A DNA stretch of 64,000 nucleotides from Clostridia bacterium (GTDB lineage Bacteria; Bacillota; Clostridia; UBA1381; UBA9506), in NCBI GenBank assembly GCA_045595795.1, contig JAZOBC010000024.1, forward strand, positions 3,440 to 67,439, read 5' to 3'. Below, piece by piece: positions 11,544-20,850 of this stretch. The notes beneath the pieces are model-generated. The model was not told the origin of the DNA. It searched no databases and worked only from the letters and a program-made list of their open reading frames with translations. The first letter of the stretch is position 1, and each line of letters opens with the position of its first letter. The position numbers and the translations under genes were made by a program.

Positions 11544-13961
11544 ATGTTACAGTTTGACAAAGCAGCACTTAAAACAAGAATTGAAGAAACCATGATGCGC
11601 CGTTTCGGCTGCACACCGGAGGAAGCAACACAAATCCAGTTCTATAAAGCCGTATGCATGATGCTCAGAGAAATGCTGGCTGAGCTGGAAAGCTCCTATG
11701 TATCTAAGATTAAAAAACAAAAGGCGAAGCAGGTTTATTATATGTCTATGGAGTTTCTCACAGGCCCTTCCCTCAAAAACCACGCGTTTAATTTGGGAGT
11801 GACCGATGCCTTACGGGAAGCCCTTTCAGACTATGAGATTTCCTTAGAAAATCTATGTGACTTAGAGCCGGACCCAGGTCTGGGAAATGGTGGCTTGGGC
11901 CGTCTTGCCTCTTGTTATTTAGATGCCCTGACAAACCAGGCCGTTCCTGCCACGGGCTTTTCTATTCGCTATGAGTTCGGCATTTTCAGACAAAAAATTG
12001 TTGACGGCTGGCAAATGGAATTTCCTGATAACTGGTTGGAAATGGGTGATGTGTGGCTCATGCCCCGAAAAGAAGATGAAGTGAAGATCAGCTTTGGCGG
12101 GCATGTAAGTGAGCACTGGGAAAACGGCAAAAACACAGTCACATACCACGACGCTGCCACCGTTTTGGCAGTGCCTTATGATATGCTGATATCAGGCTAT
12201 AAAACCGATGCTGTCAACCGGTTGGTTCTCTGGAGTGCCCAGTCCGCCGACCGACTGGATATGGACTTGTTTTCGCGGGGTGAGCACGTGCGGGCCATGG
12301 AAGAAAATTCCCGGGCAGAGGCCATCTCAAAGGTACTCTATCCGGCTGATGACCACTATCAGGGCAAGGAGCTGCGACTCAAGCAACAATATCTCTTGGT
12401 CAGTGCATCTCTGCAAAGCATTATGAAGGACTTTTTCCGCAAAACAGATGACCTCTCCCAATTGCCGGAGCTGGTGGCCATTCACATTAATGATACGCAC
12501 CCTTCCCTATGCGTGCCGGAGCTGATGCGTATTTTAATGGATGACCATGGACTTGATTGGGAAAGCGCATGGAACTTAACCTCTAAAACTCTGACCTATA
12601 CCAATCATACTATTATGAGTGAGGCTTTAGAGGTGTGGCCTGTTTCTCTGTTTTCCTCTTTGCTTCCCCGTATTTATCAAATCGTGTGCGAGATTGACCG
12701 CCGCTTTTTAGTCTTTTTAAATGAGCAATATGGTGGAGACACGGCAAAAATCAATTATATGAAAATTTTAGAAAACGACCGGGTGAAAATGGCAAACCTC
12801 TGTCTTTGCTGCTGTCACAAGGTGAACGGCGTTTCCGCCTTGCATTCGCAGATTTTAAAAGAGGATGTTTTTCGTGATTTTCATCAGGTGATGCCCGGCA
12901 AATTTTTAAATGTCACCAACGGAATCGCCTACCGTCGTTGGCTGTGTCAGGCGAATCCCGACCTGACAGAACTGCTCCTTGAGCTCATTGGAGAGGGCTT
13001 TTTACAAGATGCAGAGCGGCTAAAGGATTTAAGAAAATATCGTGATGATGCTTCTGTGCTGGATCGCCTGCAAAAAATCAAGCTGAAAAATAAGTTGCGC
13101 CTTGTTTCCTATATTGAGTCTCACAACGGCATCTTAGTAGACCCTGCTTCTCTGTTTGATGTGCAGGTAAAGCGACTGCATGAATATAAACGGCAACTGT
13201 TAAATGCGCTGCATATCCTATATTTATACCATAGCTTACTAGAAAACCCAAACCAAGATTTTCAGCCCCGCACCTTTATTTTTGGTGCCAAAGCCTCGGC
13301 AGGGTACCAAATGGCAAAGCAAATCATTCGGTTCATTCATTCCATTGCCGCTGAGGTAAACGCGAATCCCATCACCCGCGACCGACTGAAGGTGGTGTTT
13401 ATGGAGGATTACCGCGTTTCTCTGGCCGAACTGATTATTCCTGCTGCTGAAATTTCTGAGCAAATTTCTGTTGCCGGCAAGGAAGCCTCCGGCACAGGAA
13501 ACATGAAGCTGATGATTAACGGTGCTGTCACATTGGGTACTTTAGATGGTGCCAACGTGGAAATTCGTGAGGCTGTGGGCGATGAAAATATTTTTCTCTT
13601 CGGCATGACGGCTGACCGTGTGGCTCTCCGCCTGCGAGAAGGCTATCATCCCGGGCGCATCATTGAACAGGATAGTGCGGTGAGAAAGGCTATTCAATAT
13701 ATGGAGCAAGGCGTTGGGGGTGCTCATTTTCCGGAGCTAATTCACGCACTCACAGGGTTAGGGCAAGACCCTTACATGACTCTGGCAGACTTTACGGATT
13801 ATCACAGGGCACAGCAAAAGGTGCAAACCACCTATGCAGACCGCAATCACTTCAATCGTATGTCACTTGAAAATATTGCCGGCGCCGGCATTTTTTCCTC
13901 TGACCGAAGCGTCAGTGAATATTGCCGCAATATCTGGCATGTAGAAAGCCTAAAGAAATGA
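11544..13961 (+). CDS. glgP: Glycogen/alpha-glucan phosphorylase (GT35)
   Basis: PLP-lysine motif EASGTGNMKLMINGA. About 805 aa counted from ATG 11544. Confidence 0.93.
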   Translation: MLQFDKAALKTRIEETMMRRFGCTPEEATQIQFYKAVCMMLREMLAELESSYVSKIKKQKAKQVYYMSMEFLTGPSLKNHAFNLGVTDALREALSDYEISLENLCDLEPDPGLGNGGLGRLASCYLDALTNQAVPATGFSIRYEFGIFRQKIVDGWQMEFPDNWLEMGDVWLMPRKEDEVKISFGGHVSEHWENGKNTVTYHDAATVLAVPYDMLISGYKTDAVNRLVLWSAQSADRLDMDLFSRGEHVRAMEENSRAEAISKVLYPADDHYQGKELRLKQQYLLVSASLQSIMKDFFRKTDDLSQLPELVAIHINDTHPSLCVPELMRILMDDHGLDWESAWNLTSKTLTYTNHTIMSEALEVWPVSLFSSLLPRIYQIVCEIDRRFLVFLNEQYGGDTAKINYMKILENDRVKMANLCLCCCHKVNGVSALHSQILKEDVFRDFHQVMPGKFLNVTNGIAYRRWLCQANPDLTELLLELIGEGFLQDAERLKDLRKYRDDASVLDRLQKIKLKNKLRLVSYIESHNGILVDPASLFDVQVKRLHEYKRQLLNALHILYLYHSLLENPNQDFQPRTFIFGAKASAGYQMAKQIIRFIHSIAAEVNANPITRDRLKVVFMEDYRVSLAELIIPAAEISEQISVAGKEASGTGNMKLMINGAVTLGTLDGANVEIREAVGDENIFLFGMTADRVALRLREGYHPGRIIEQDSAVRKAIQYMEQGVGGAHFPELIHALTGLGQDPYMTLADFTDYHRAQQKVQTTYADRNHFNRMSLENIAGAGIFSSDRSVSEYCRNIWHVESLKK

Positions 13962-13973
13962 GGGAATGCTTCT

Positions 13974-15839
13974 ATGCAAATTTTGTTTGACAGCAGAAAT
14001 GCCCTATTTAAAAAGCCCTTTGGCTGCCTGCCGCTGGGCGAAACCATGACCGTAACAATTTGCTGCAAGGACGTCGGAGAAACCGGCGTCCTTTTCTGCC
14101 TGGAAAAAGACGGAGAAGCATCCATTAAACACACCATGAACCACGTTGAAATCCGTGACGGATATAATGCTTATACCGCCATCATCACCCCCGAAGAAAC
14201 AGGACTTTACTTTTATTGTTTTGAGATGCAAACCCAAAATGGCTTCATAACTGTGGTGCGTGATGCACACAATCATCCCGTAATCGAAAACGGCAAACCC
14301 TGGCAGCTGACCTGCTACCACCGCAAATATGAGTTGAATCAAGAATTTTTCGGCAGGGTGATGTATCAGATTTTTCCCGACCGCTTTCACAAAGCAGGCT
14401 CCGTCAACCCAGAAGCCAAGCTAACACCCTTTTGGATTCACGAAAACATGGAGGATTTACCGGTGTATTTGCCCAACGAGCGCGGTGAAATCATAAACAA
14501 CGATTTTTTTGGTGGCAACCTGCAGGGCATCATAGAAAAGCTTCCCTACCTCAATGATTTGGGTGTCGGTTGCATCTATTTAAACCCTATTTTTGCCGCC
14601 TATTCTAATCATCGCTATGACACAGCAGATTATCTGCAAATTGACCCGCTACTGGGCAGCAAGGCCGATTTTCGTGAGCTTTGCAGAAAAGCACATGAGC
14701 TTGATATCAAGATTATATTAGATGGCGTTTTTTCCCATACCGGCAGCGACAGCCGGTATTTCGACATACACAACCGCTTCGGCACAGGGGCGTATCACAA
14801 TCCTCAGTCTCCCTACCGCAGCTGGTATCAGTTTCAAAATTATCCTCATCAATACACCGCCTGGTGGGGTATTGGCACACTGCCCTGCACCGAAGAAAAC
14901 GACCTCTCCTTCAGGCAATTTATTCTCACCGGTGAGAACAGTGTCGTGCGTTACTGGCTTTCCCAAGGTGCTGACGGTTGGCGTCTGGACGTAGCAGATG
15001 AACTGCCGGATGATTTTTTATTTTCTCTCCACGAGGCGGTGAAAAGCGAAAAGCCGGATAGCCTCATCATTGGCGAGGTGTGGGAGGATGCTTCCAATAA
15101 AATCAGTTATGATGTGCGCCGAAAATATTTTTTAGGAGGCAGTTTGGACAGCGTGATGAACTATGTGTGGCGAAATGCCATCATGGGCTTTGTCCGCGGA
15201 GAAATTGATAGCTTTTCATTGCACGAAGCCATTATGACTCTTTGCGAGCATTATCCGAAAGAAAGTCTCCTGGCTACCATGAATATCCTATCCACCCATG
15301 ATACGCCGCGAATTTTAACATCATTAGGTATCAATGATGTGCCACAGGGTCGTGATGAGCGCGCACATTTTCATTTAAATGAGCATGACCGAGAGTTAGG
15401 TAAAAATCGGCTCTTTTCTGCCGCTTTTCTGCTGTTTTGTCTGCCAGGTTGCCCCTGTATCTACTACGGCGACGAAATCGGCATGGAGGGGTTTGAAGAC
15501 CCTTTTAACCGGGCATATATGGGCAATCGCCCATCTGACCAGGAAATTCTTTCTTTTTTTAAAAATTTAGCACACTTAAAAAATACACACCCTGCGCTTC
15601 GCTTTGGCAGCTTAGAGCCGGCAAGCTTTGAAAACGGTACCTATGCCTTTTATCGAAACAGTGAAAAAGAGCGAATGCTTATGGTGTTAAATGTCAGCGA
15701 TACGCCAAAATCCGTTAGCATTGAAGGAGAGATTTGCTTTCAAAAGAATTTGTGGCAGGAGGGGCGCGGAGCGCTGCTGCTCCCCTATGGATGCGTTGCC
15801 ATGACACTTTCTGTCACAAATATAGCTCCTCCTGCATAA
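13974..15839 (+). CDS. GH13 alpha-glycosidase, neopullulanase/cyclomaltodextrinase type, no signal peptide
   Basis: N-terminal Ig-like domain followed by GH13 regions DGVFSHTG, GWRLDVADELP, GEVWE and LSTHDTPR. Last gene of the glg operon. Confidence 0.85.
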   Translation: MQILFDSRNALFKKPFGCLPLGETMTVTICCKDVGETGVLFCLEKDGEASIKHTMNHVEIRDGYNAYTAIITPEETGLYFYCFEMQTQNGFITVVRDAHNHPVIENGKPWQLTCYHRKYELNQEFFGRVMYQIFPDRFHKAGSVNPEAKLTPFWIHENMEDLPVYLPNERGEIINNDFFGGNLQGIIEKLPYLNDLGVGCIYLNPIFAAYSNHRYDTADYLQIDPLLGSKADFRELCRKAHELDIKIILDGVFSHTGSDSRYFDIHNRFGTGAYHNPQSPYRSWYQFQNYPHQYTAWWGIGTLPCTEENDLSFRQFILTGENSVVRYWLSQGADGWRLDVADELPDDFLFSLHEAVKSEKPDSLIIGEVWEDASNKISYDVRRKYFLGGSLDSVMNYVWRNAIMGFVRGEIDSFSLHEAIMTLCEHYPKESLLATMNILSTHDTPRILTSLGINDVPQGRDERAHFHLNEHDRELGKNRLFSAAFLLFCLPGCPCIYYGDEIGMEGFEDPFNRAYMGNRPSDQEILSFFKNLAHLKNTHPALRFGSLEPASFENGTYAFYRNSEKERMLMVLNVSDTPKSVSIEGEICFQKNLWQEGRGALLLPYGCVAMTLSVTNIAPPA

Positions 15840-15875
15840 AATGTTATGTAAAGGACAGAAAAGAGGCGGCGAGAT

Positions 15876-16580
15876 ATGCGGTTAGGAACCAGACGACGAA
15901 TTTGTATCAGAAGCAAGGTGCTGAGTAAGGGTAAGGTATCTTGTCTGCTGATTCTTATGCTCATTGTGTCACTTTGTGCCGGCGGTTCTGTTTACTTTTT
16001 AAAAATCGTGAGACCGCTGATGATGGAGCTTGCCAAAAATCAGGCAACCATTATGGCAGAGCTTGCCATTCACCGCTCCGTTGGCAAACTGTTTGCCGAC
16101 ACAGACTATAGCGAAATTGTCACCGTAAGTTATTTAGAGGATGGCACCGTCAGCGCTGTTCAATCAAACATGAGCAGGGTGAATCAGCTAAAGGCCGCCG
16201 CCTCCATGGCCATTACCGAAGAAATTGCCTCGGTGGACGAAACAGAACTGTCAATCCCTTTAGGCACCCTGACAGGCTACGATATTCTGGCAGGTGTCGG
16301 GCCCCGTCTGCCGGTGAAGCTGATGCCCTATGGCAATGTCATCATTGATTTTGAAAATCAATTCACCGAATCCGGCATTAACCAAACGCTACTGGCCGTC
16401 AATTTAACCGCCACCGCTAAGGTCGGCATTGTGATGCCAAGTGTGAATATGACCAGTGATGTAGTCACCACCATGCCCGTAACCCAAACTGTCATCGTGG
16501 GCAAAATTCCCGATAACTATGTGAACATCGACCGTATGGGCGAGGAGTATGAAGATGACGTGCTGGATATTATCGGTTAA
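15876..16580 (+). CDS. yunB: Sporulation protein YunB-like
   Basis: 234 aa with an N-terminal TM. IPLGTLTGYDILAGVGPRLPVKLMPYGNV...ESGINQT pattern is typical of YunB. Confidence 0.7.
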   Translation: MRLGTRRRICIRSKVLSKGKVSCLLILMLIVSLCAGGSVYFLKIVRPLMMELAKNQATIMAELAIHRSVGKLFADTDYSEIVTVSYLEDGTVSAVQSNMSRVNQLKAAASMAITEEIASVDETELSIPLGTLTGYDILAGVGPRLPVKLMPYGNVIIDFENQFTESGINQTLLAVNLTATAKVGIVMPSVNMTSDVVTTMPVTQTVIVGKIPDNYVNIDRMGEEYEDDVLDIIG

Positions 16581-16600
16581 ACTCGACCATCGCTCAAACA

Positions 16601-16647
16601 AAAAAGTAGGCTGCATGAGGGAAATCCCTCATGCAGCCTACTTTTTT
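16601..16647. terminator. Bidirectional intrinsic terminator
   Basis: 21-nt arms AAAAAGTAGGCTGCATGAGGG / CCCTCATGCAGCCTACTTTTT with loop AAAT, flanked by A- and T-runs. It lies between convergent genes. Confidence 0.9.
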
Positions 16648-16659
16648 CAGCTTAACAGA

Positions 16660-17589
16660 TTACTTCACAAAATCCTCAGCAAAAATAAATTCATAGCCAT
16701 TTTTGTGCATGATTTCACCCATTTTATATATTTTATCTGCGTAATCACTCTGATAGGCGAAATAATCCTGATAGAAATACTGTTCGTGTGTACAAATACC
16801 AACATATTCATTTCCAATTTGCGACTTAAATATATCCTCAATTTCACTATATTGCATTAAATTCAATGTCATTGCCGGCAAATGAAATTTTTTGAAGTTC
16901 ATGCCTGTTTTCTCATCATAAATACACTGCAACGTGCCTTTGACAGATTGAAACTCTTCCTCCGTAAAATGGTTATAGGCACACAAAGAACGATTGATGG
17001 CCACATTGGGACCTCCGCGCGAGTAAACCCGGGTTTCAGGCTGCCGGTTATTCAGAATTCGCATCGCATGCCCATAAGGTAAAGAGTCAAAGTTCCCGTC
17101 ATAGTTAAAAGCCGCGCCTACTGATACGTCCATCACACGAACGCCATAATCGTACAAGGCTTTTACTCCCTCTTTGCTAACAGAATTCCAATGAGGACAA
17201 AATCCATAGGTGAAGGACGCTTCACCGGCAAAACGAAATACCTCTTGGCAGACTGCTTGAAACATGTCACGCATATCTTCATATGTAACATTGACAAATG
17301 GATAATCAGGAAATTCCTCCTTTGCATGAAATGCCAGTTTCAACCAGGAAGAAGCAGACTCCCATTCTTTTTTATATGCTTCTGTTACATCTTTGAGGCA
17401 AAAATCATCATTGCCATAAAAAGCTGATGTTCTGTAAAACAGATTCATTTGCGTTCTAACACCATACTTTTCATAAGCGGTTTTAAGAGCTTTCAAAAAG
17501 GGATGATCAAAAAGCGAATTCGGTCTTTGTCTGGTTATATCCCGAAGAACCCAAATAACATCATCAATCAAAAAAAGTGCTTTCTTCAT
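16660..17589 (-). CDS. Hypothetical 309-aa cytoplasmic protein, no family assignable by eye
   Basis: Long ORF with RBS AAAGGAGAAAA, last gene of the 20687-16660 operon. The N-terminal FLIDDV vaguely recalls motif 1 of carbohydrate deacetylases, which is not enough for a call. Confidence 0.6.
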   Translation of the reverse strand: MKKALFLIDDVIWVLRDITRQRPNSLFDHPFLKALKTAYEKYGVRTQMNLFYRTSAFYGNDDFCLKDVTEAYKKEWESASSWLKLAFHAKEEFPDYPFVNVTYEDMRDMFQAVCQEVFRFAGEASFTYGFCPHWNSVSKEGVKALYDYGVRVMDVSVGAAFNYDGNFDSLPYGHAMRILNNRQPETRVYSRGGPNVAINRSLCAYNHFTEEEFQSVKGTLQCIYDEKTGMNFKKFHLPAMTLNLMQYSEIEDIFKSQIGNEYVGICTHEQYFYQDYFAYQSDYADKIYKMGEIMHKNGYEFIFAEDFVK

Positions 17590-17684
17590 ATTCGTTTTCT
17601 CCTTTTAGTTTTTCAACAAATCCCTTTAGAGATTTCTATATTTCCCCTTAAAAACTCACTGCCACACTGCTGAACCGCATAAGT

Positions 17685-18713
17685 TTAAAGAGACATTCCA
17701 TTTTGTTTATATACATCTTCAATGGCTTTTTGCGAACGAATAGCATCCTCTGCTGTAACAGGAATTTCACCTTCACCCAAAACAGCCTGACTGAAGGCTT
17801 CAATCTCTTTGGTATACATATTTCCAAAGGTCACAGAAACCGGCACAGGTTCTGCGGTGCTTCTGTTCTGCTGGGCATCATATCCACCCACATTAGAAAG
17901 GGCCAACACTTCAATTTCGCCGCCCTCCTCCTGAGAAAGAGTGCCTTTTGCCACAATACTGCCGCGAGTACCGTAAATTTCTAATTTGCTGACAGAGGCA
18001 TCATCAGGAATGTTAAAGGCAGAATCCACAACACAAAGAGCACCATTATTCATTCTGTAAACACCAATGCCTGCATCATCAACATCATAGTTAAAAATCT
18101 GATTGCCGGTAAAGCCTGTGGCTTCTACCACCTCAAGACCGGTAATATAACGAATTAAGTCAATGGAATGGATGGCCATATCCAACATTGCACCGCCACC
18201 GGAAAGTTTTCTGTTCTGCCGCCAGCAATTTTCAATTTCAGGATACCAGCAGGTAAACTGAGCACGGGCAGAAACAATCTCGCCGATTGTACCACTAGAT
18301 ACGATTTCACGCATTTTCTGATGGTAACTATGGAACCGCATCATAAAGGCAACGCCCAGTTTTACACCTTCGCCATGACATGCCGCTGCAATTTCCCCGG
18401 CTTCTTCTGTGGTTAAGCCCATAGGCTTTTCAAGTAAAATATGCTTTTTTGCCTTTGCTGCCTGCACTACCTGCTCCTTATGGCAGAACACGGGCGAGGC
18501 AATATAAACTGCCTGAACTTCTTCTAAAGCAAGCAAATCTTCTACCTGATCAAAGGCATATTTTGCATTGTATTTTTCTTTGCAACGCTCTGAAGCTGCA
18601 GGATTTGCGTCCATCACGGCAACAAGCTCTGCATTTTCTGCCAGCATCATGCCCGGCAAGGTTCTGCGGTCAGCAATACCGCCACAACCAATGACGCCCC
18701 ATTTAACTTTCAT
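17685..18713 (-). CDS. Gfo/Idh/MocA family NAD(P)-dependent oxidoreductase
   Basis: N-terminal Rossmann motif KWGVIGCGGIADRR, EKP motif (LLEKPMG), 342 aa. Confidence 0.9.
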   Translation of the reverse strand: MKVKWGVIGCGGIADRRTLPGMMLAENAELVAVMDANPAASERCKEKYNAKYAFDQVEDLLALEEVQAVYIASPVFCHKEQVVQAAKAKKHILLEKPMGLTTEEAGEIAAACHGEGVKLGVAFMMRFHSYHQKMREIVSSGTIGEIVSARAQFTCWYPEIENCWRQNRKLSGGGAMLDMAIHSIDLIRYITGLEVVEATGFTGNQIFNYDVDDAGIGVYRMNNGALCVVDSAFNIPDDASVSKLEIYGTRGSIVAKGTLSQEEGGEIEVLALSNVGGYDAQQNRSTAEPVPVSVTFGNMYTKEIEAFSQAVLGEGEIPVTAEDAIRSQKAIEDVYKQNGMSL

Positions 18714-18725
18714 ACCGCCGCCTCC

Positions 18726-20036
18726 TCATTGACCTGCTTGCATTTCTGCAACAGATTCTAAAACAGCATCAGCCATATAGGTAAGCTGCTCTGCCGATAA
18801 ACCATAAAGCGGCAGGTGAGTAAATCTCTTATAGAACACTTCTTCACAGTTGGGGCAGGTCTTTGCAATTTCATCAGAATCATAACCCATATCCTGCACT
18901 ACCTGAAAGCGATACAAAGGACCGAAGTGTGCAATTTGAGTTACGCCCTTTTCTTCCAGTTTCCTTTTCAGCGTTTGAATATCTCCACCGGCTTTAGCAG
19001 GGTCAATCTGCAGCAGATACAAATGGAATGTGGGCTTCACATCATCATTGCCTAAATCCTGAGGGATTAAGGCATCGTTTTCAGCAAATCTCTTAGAAAG
19101 ATATGCCGCTGCATTTTTTCTTTCTTCAATAATTTCCTCATTGCGGGAAATCTGCAGGGTCAAACCCAGCCCCTGAATTTCGGTAGTGGAATAATTACCC
19201 GCCACAAAAGGTTCATGTTTACCCTGAATGGGAGTGATGTTATACAGCCAGTCCTTGATAGGGCAAGTAAAATCAAGACCTAAGAAGCGCGCACGCTTCA
19301 TTTCGTTTTCAAAACCGGGAATGTTGGTGGTTGCAATACCACCCTCACCAAAGGAGGTAATATTTTTTACTTCATGCATGGAGAACGCCGCAAAATCACC
19401 GATGGTACCAATCTTTCTGCCTTTATACATAGCACCGAAAGCGTGTGCTGCATCCTCTAAAACCAAAATGTCGTGCTCTTTGGCAAGCTTCATAATGGGG
19501 TCCATGTCTACAGGATAACCCCCGATATGTACAGGAACAATCATTTTTGTTTTATCCGTTATCTTTCTTGCAACATCAGCCGGGTCCATGTTAATGGTTT
19601 TGGGGTCAACATCGGCAAAAACCAGCTTTGCGCCCACAGCCAAGGGATATGCCATGGTTGCTACAAAGGTAATAGCCGGCACAATGACCTCATCACCGGG
19701 TTTTAAGCCTGCATATTTATAGGCAATTTCAAAACCTGCAGTTGCGTTGGACACAAAGGTAGAAGAATTTGTGCCTAAATACTTGTTGCAGGCTTCTTCT
19801 GCTTCTTCAACCTTGCTGCCAAGGGATAGCTTGCCCGGCGGGGTTGCCAGGGTATCCAGCTTTTTCACCTGCTGCCAAACAGCCTCTAAAGCGTCATCAT
19901 ATTCCTTGCCCTCGCCCTGCATTAAGAACTTAATAATTTCCATCAAGTCATGTACATTATAGTTTTCGCCAACCGCAGCCCAAGGCACACGGGTAGCACC
20001 TGTGTTATAACGAAAGTCTGTTGATTTACCCATCAT
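18726..20036 (-). CDS. DegT/DnrJ/EryC1/StrS-type PLP-dependent aminotransferase with an N-terminal extension
   Basis: Fold-type I sugar aminotransferase signatures: EVIVPAITFVAT, LEDAAHAFGA and a PLP-lysine context FSMHEVKNITS. 436 aa. Confidence 0.85.
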   Translation of the reverse strand: MMGKSTDFRYNTGATRVPWAAVGENYNVHDLMEIIKFLMQGEGKEYDDALEAVWQQVKKLDTLATPPGKLSLGSKVEEAEEACNKYLGTNSSTFVSNATAGFEIAYKYAGLKPGDEVIVPAITFVATMAYPLAVGAKLVFADVDPKTINMDPADVARKITDKTKMIVPVHIGGYPVDMDPIMKLAKEHDILVLEDAAHAFGAMYKGRKIGTIGDFAAFSMHEVKNITSFGEGGIATTNIPGFENEMKRARFLGLDFTCPIKDWLYNITPIQGKHEPFVAGNYSTTEIQGLGLTLQISRNEEIIEERKNAAAYLSKRFAENDALIPQDLGNDDVKPTFHLYLLQIDPAKAGGDIQTLKRKLEEKGVTQIAHFGPLYRFQVVQDMGYDSDEIAKTCPNCEEVFYKRFTHLPLYGLSAEQLTYMADAVLESVAEMQAGQ

Positions 20037-20066
20037 GCATTCTCCTTTTCATCTAATCTTTAAAAT

Positions 20067-20687
20067 TTAAAATTCTGGTTCATACATTTGCCTGCGCTCT
20101 TCCCAGCAAATTTCCCTGACCTCAATATCCTTAATTTTTAGCATTGTGGAATAAGGTGAAAAGCCAACGCGACCGCCAGTAATAGGATTTGGATCAATCA
20201 GTTCCTGTACCAATACGTCATCAACCACCAAGAAATTATGACCTGAAATAGCGCCGGTTGTGATTCTTACTTCCTTGCCCGGTTCGTAGTGATACAAGGG
20301 ATTCAGCGCCCGCAAGCCGTCTTCGGGGAAGCGCTCAATACCACATTTATCCTCATACCAACCGCCGATACCGGAAATATAAGCAAGTTTTAAATAATTC
20401 ACTTCCTCATCCCAGGTGGTGCAGTAAACTGCATTCACATCTCTTGTTGCCGGCAGAACGCTGGCGGCGGTAAAGCTCAGCATAACGTCTTTCTCAAAAG
20501 ACTGCTTGCTCAGCAAAATGCCACCCCGGTTGCCCGGCTCACTGCCAATCAGGTAGCCATCTTTATATTCCCAGCTGCCACCTTTAGCATCCCATATTTC
20601 CTGCCAGTTTTCATCCGGCAGAGAGGAAAGCACAACGAGCGATTGTGCAGATAAAATACGCTTTCCCAACGATAAAATATCCTTCAT
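20067..20687 (-). CDS. Concanavalin-A-like lectin/glucanase-fold protein (DUF1080/DUF1961-like)
   Basis: 206 aa, beta-rich, with a GGSWEYKDGYLIG...GRVGFSPYSTMLKIKDIEVREI pattern typical of these domains. First gene of the operon. Confidence 0.5.
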   Translation of the reverse strand: MKDILSLGKRILSAQSLVVLSSLPDENWQEIWDAKGGSWEYKDGYLIGSEPGNRGGILLSKQSFEKDVMLSFTAASVLPATRDVNAVYCTTWDEEVNYLKLAYISGIGGWYEDKCGIERFPEDGLRALNPLYHYEPGKEVRITTGAISGHNFLVVDDVLVQELIDPNPITGGRVGFSPYSTMLKIKDIEVREICWEERRQMYEPEF

Positions 20688-20804
20688 AACGTATTTGCCC
20701 TCCCTATAAATATAAGCTCATCATTATTATAACAAAATAGCTTTTCTGTAAAAAGTATTCTTTTTCCCAATTTTTTGTATTATATTCCCAAAACATGAAA
20801 AATA

Positions 20805-20833
20805 TTGACAAAAAAGAATTCCGGAATTATAAT
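20805..20833 (+). promoter_or_regulatory. Sigma-A promoter of the PocR-AraC gene with a palindrome in the spacer
   Basis: TTGACA (20805-20810), 17-nt spacer, TATAAT (20828-20833). The spacer carries the perfect palindrome AATTCCGGAATT (20817-20828). Confidence 0.7.
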
Positions 20834-20850
20834 AAAATTGGGTGAGAAAA

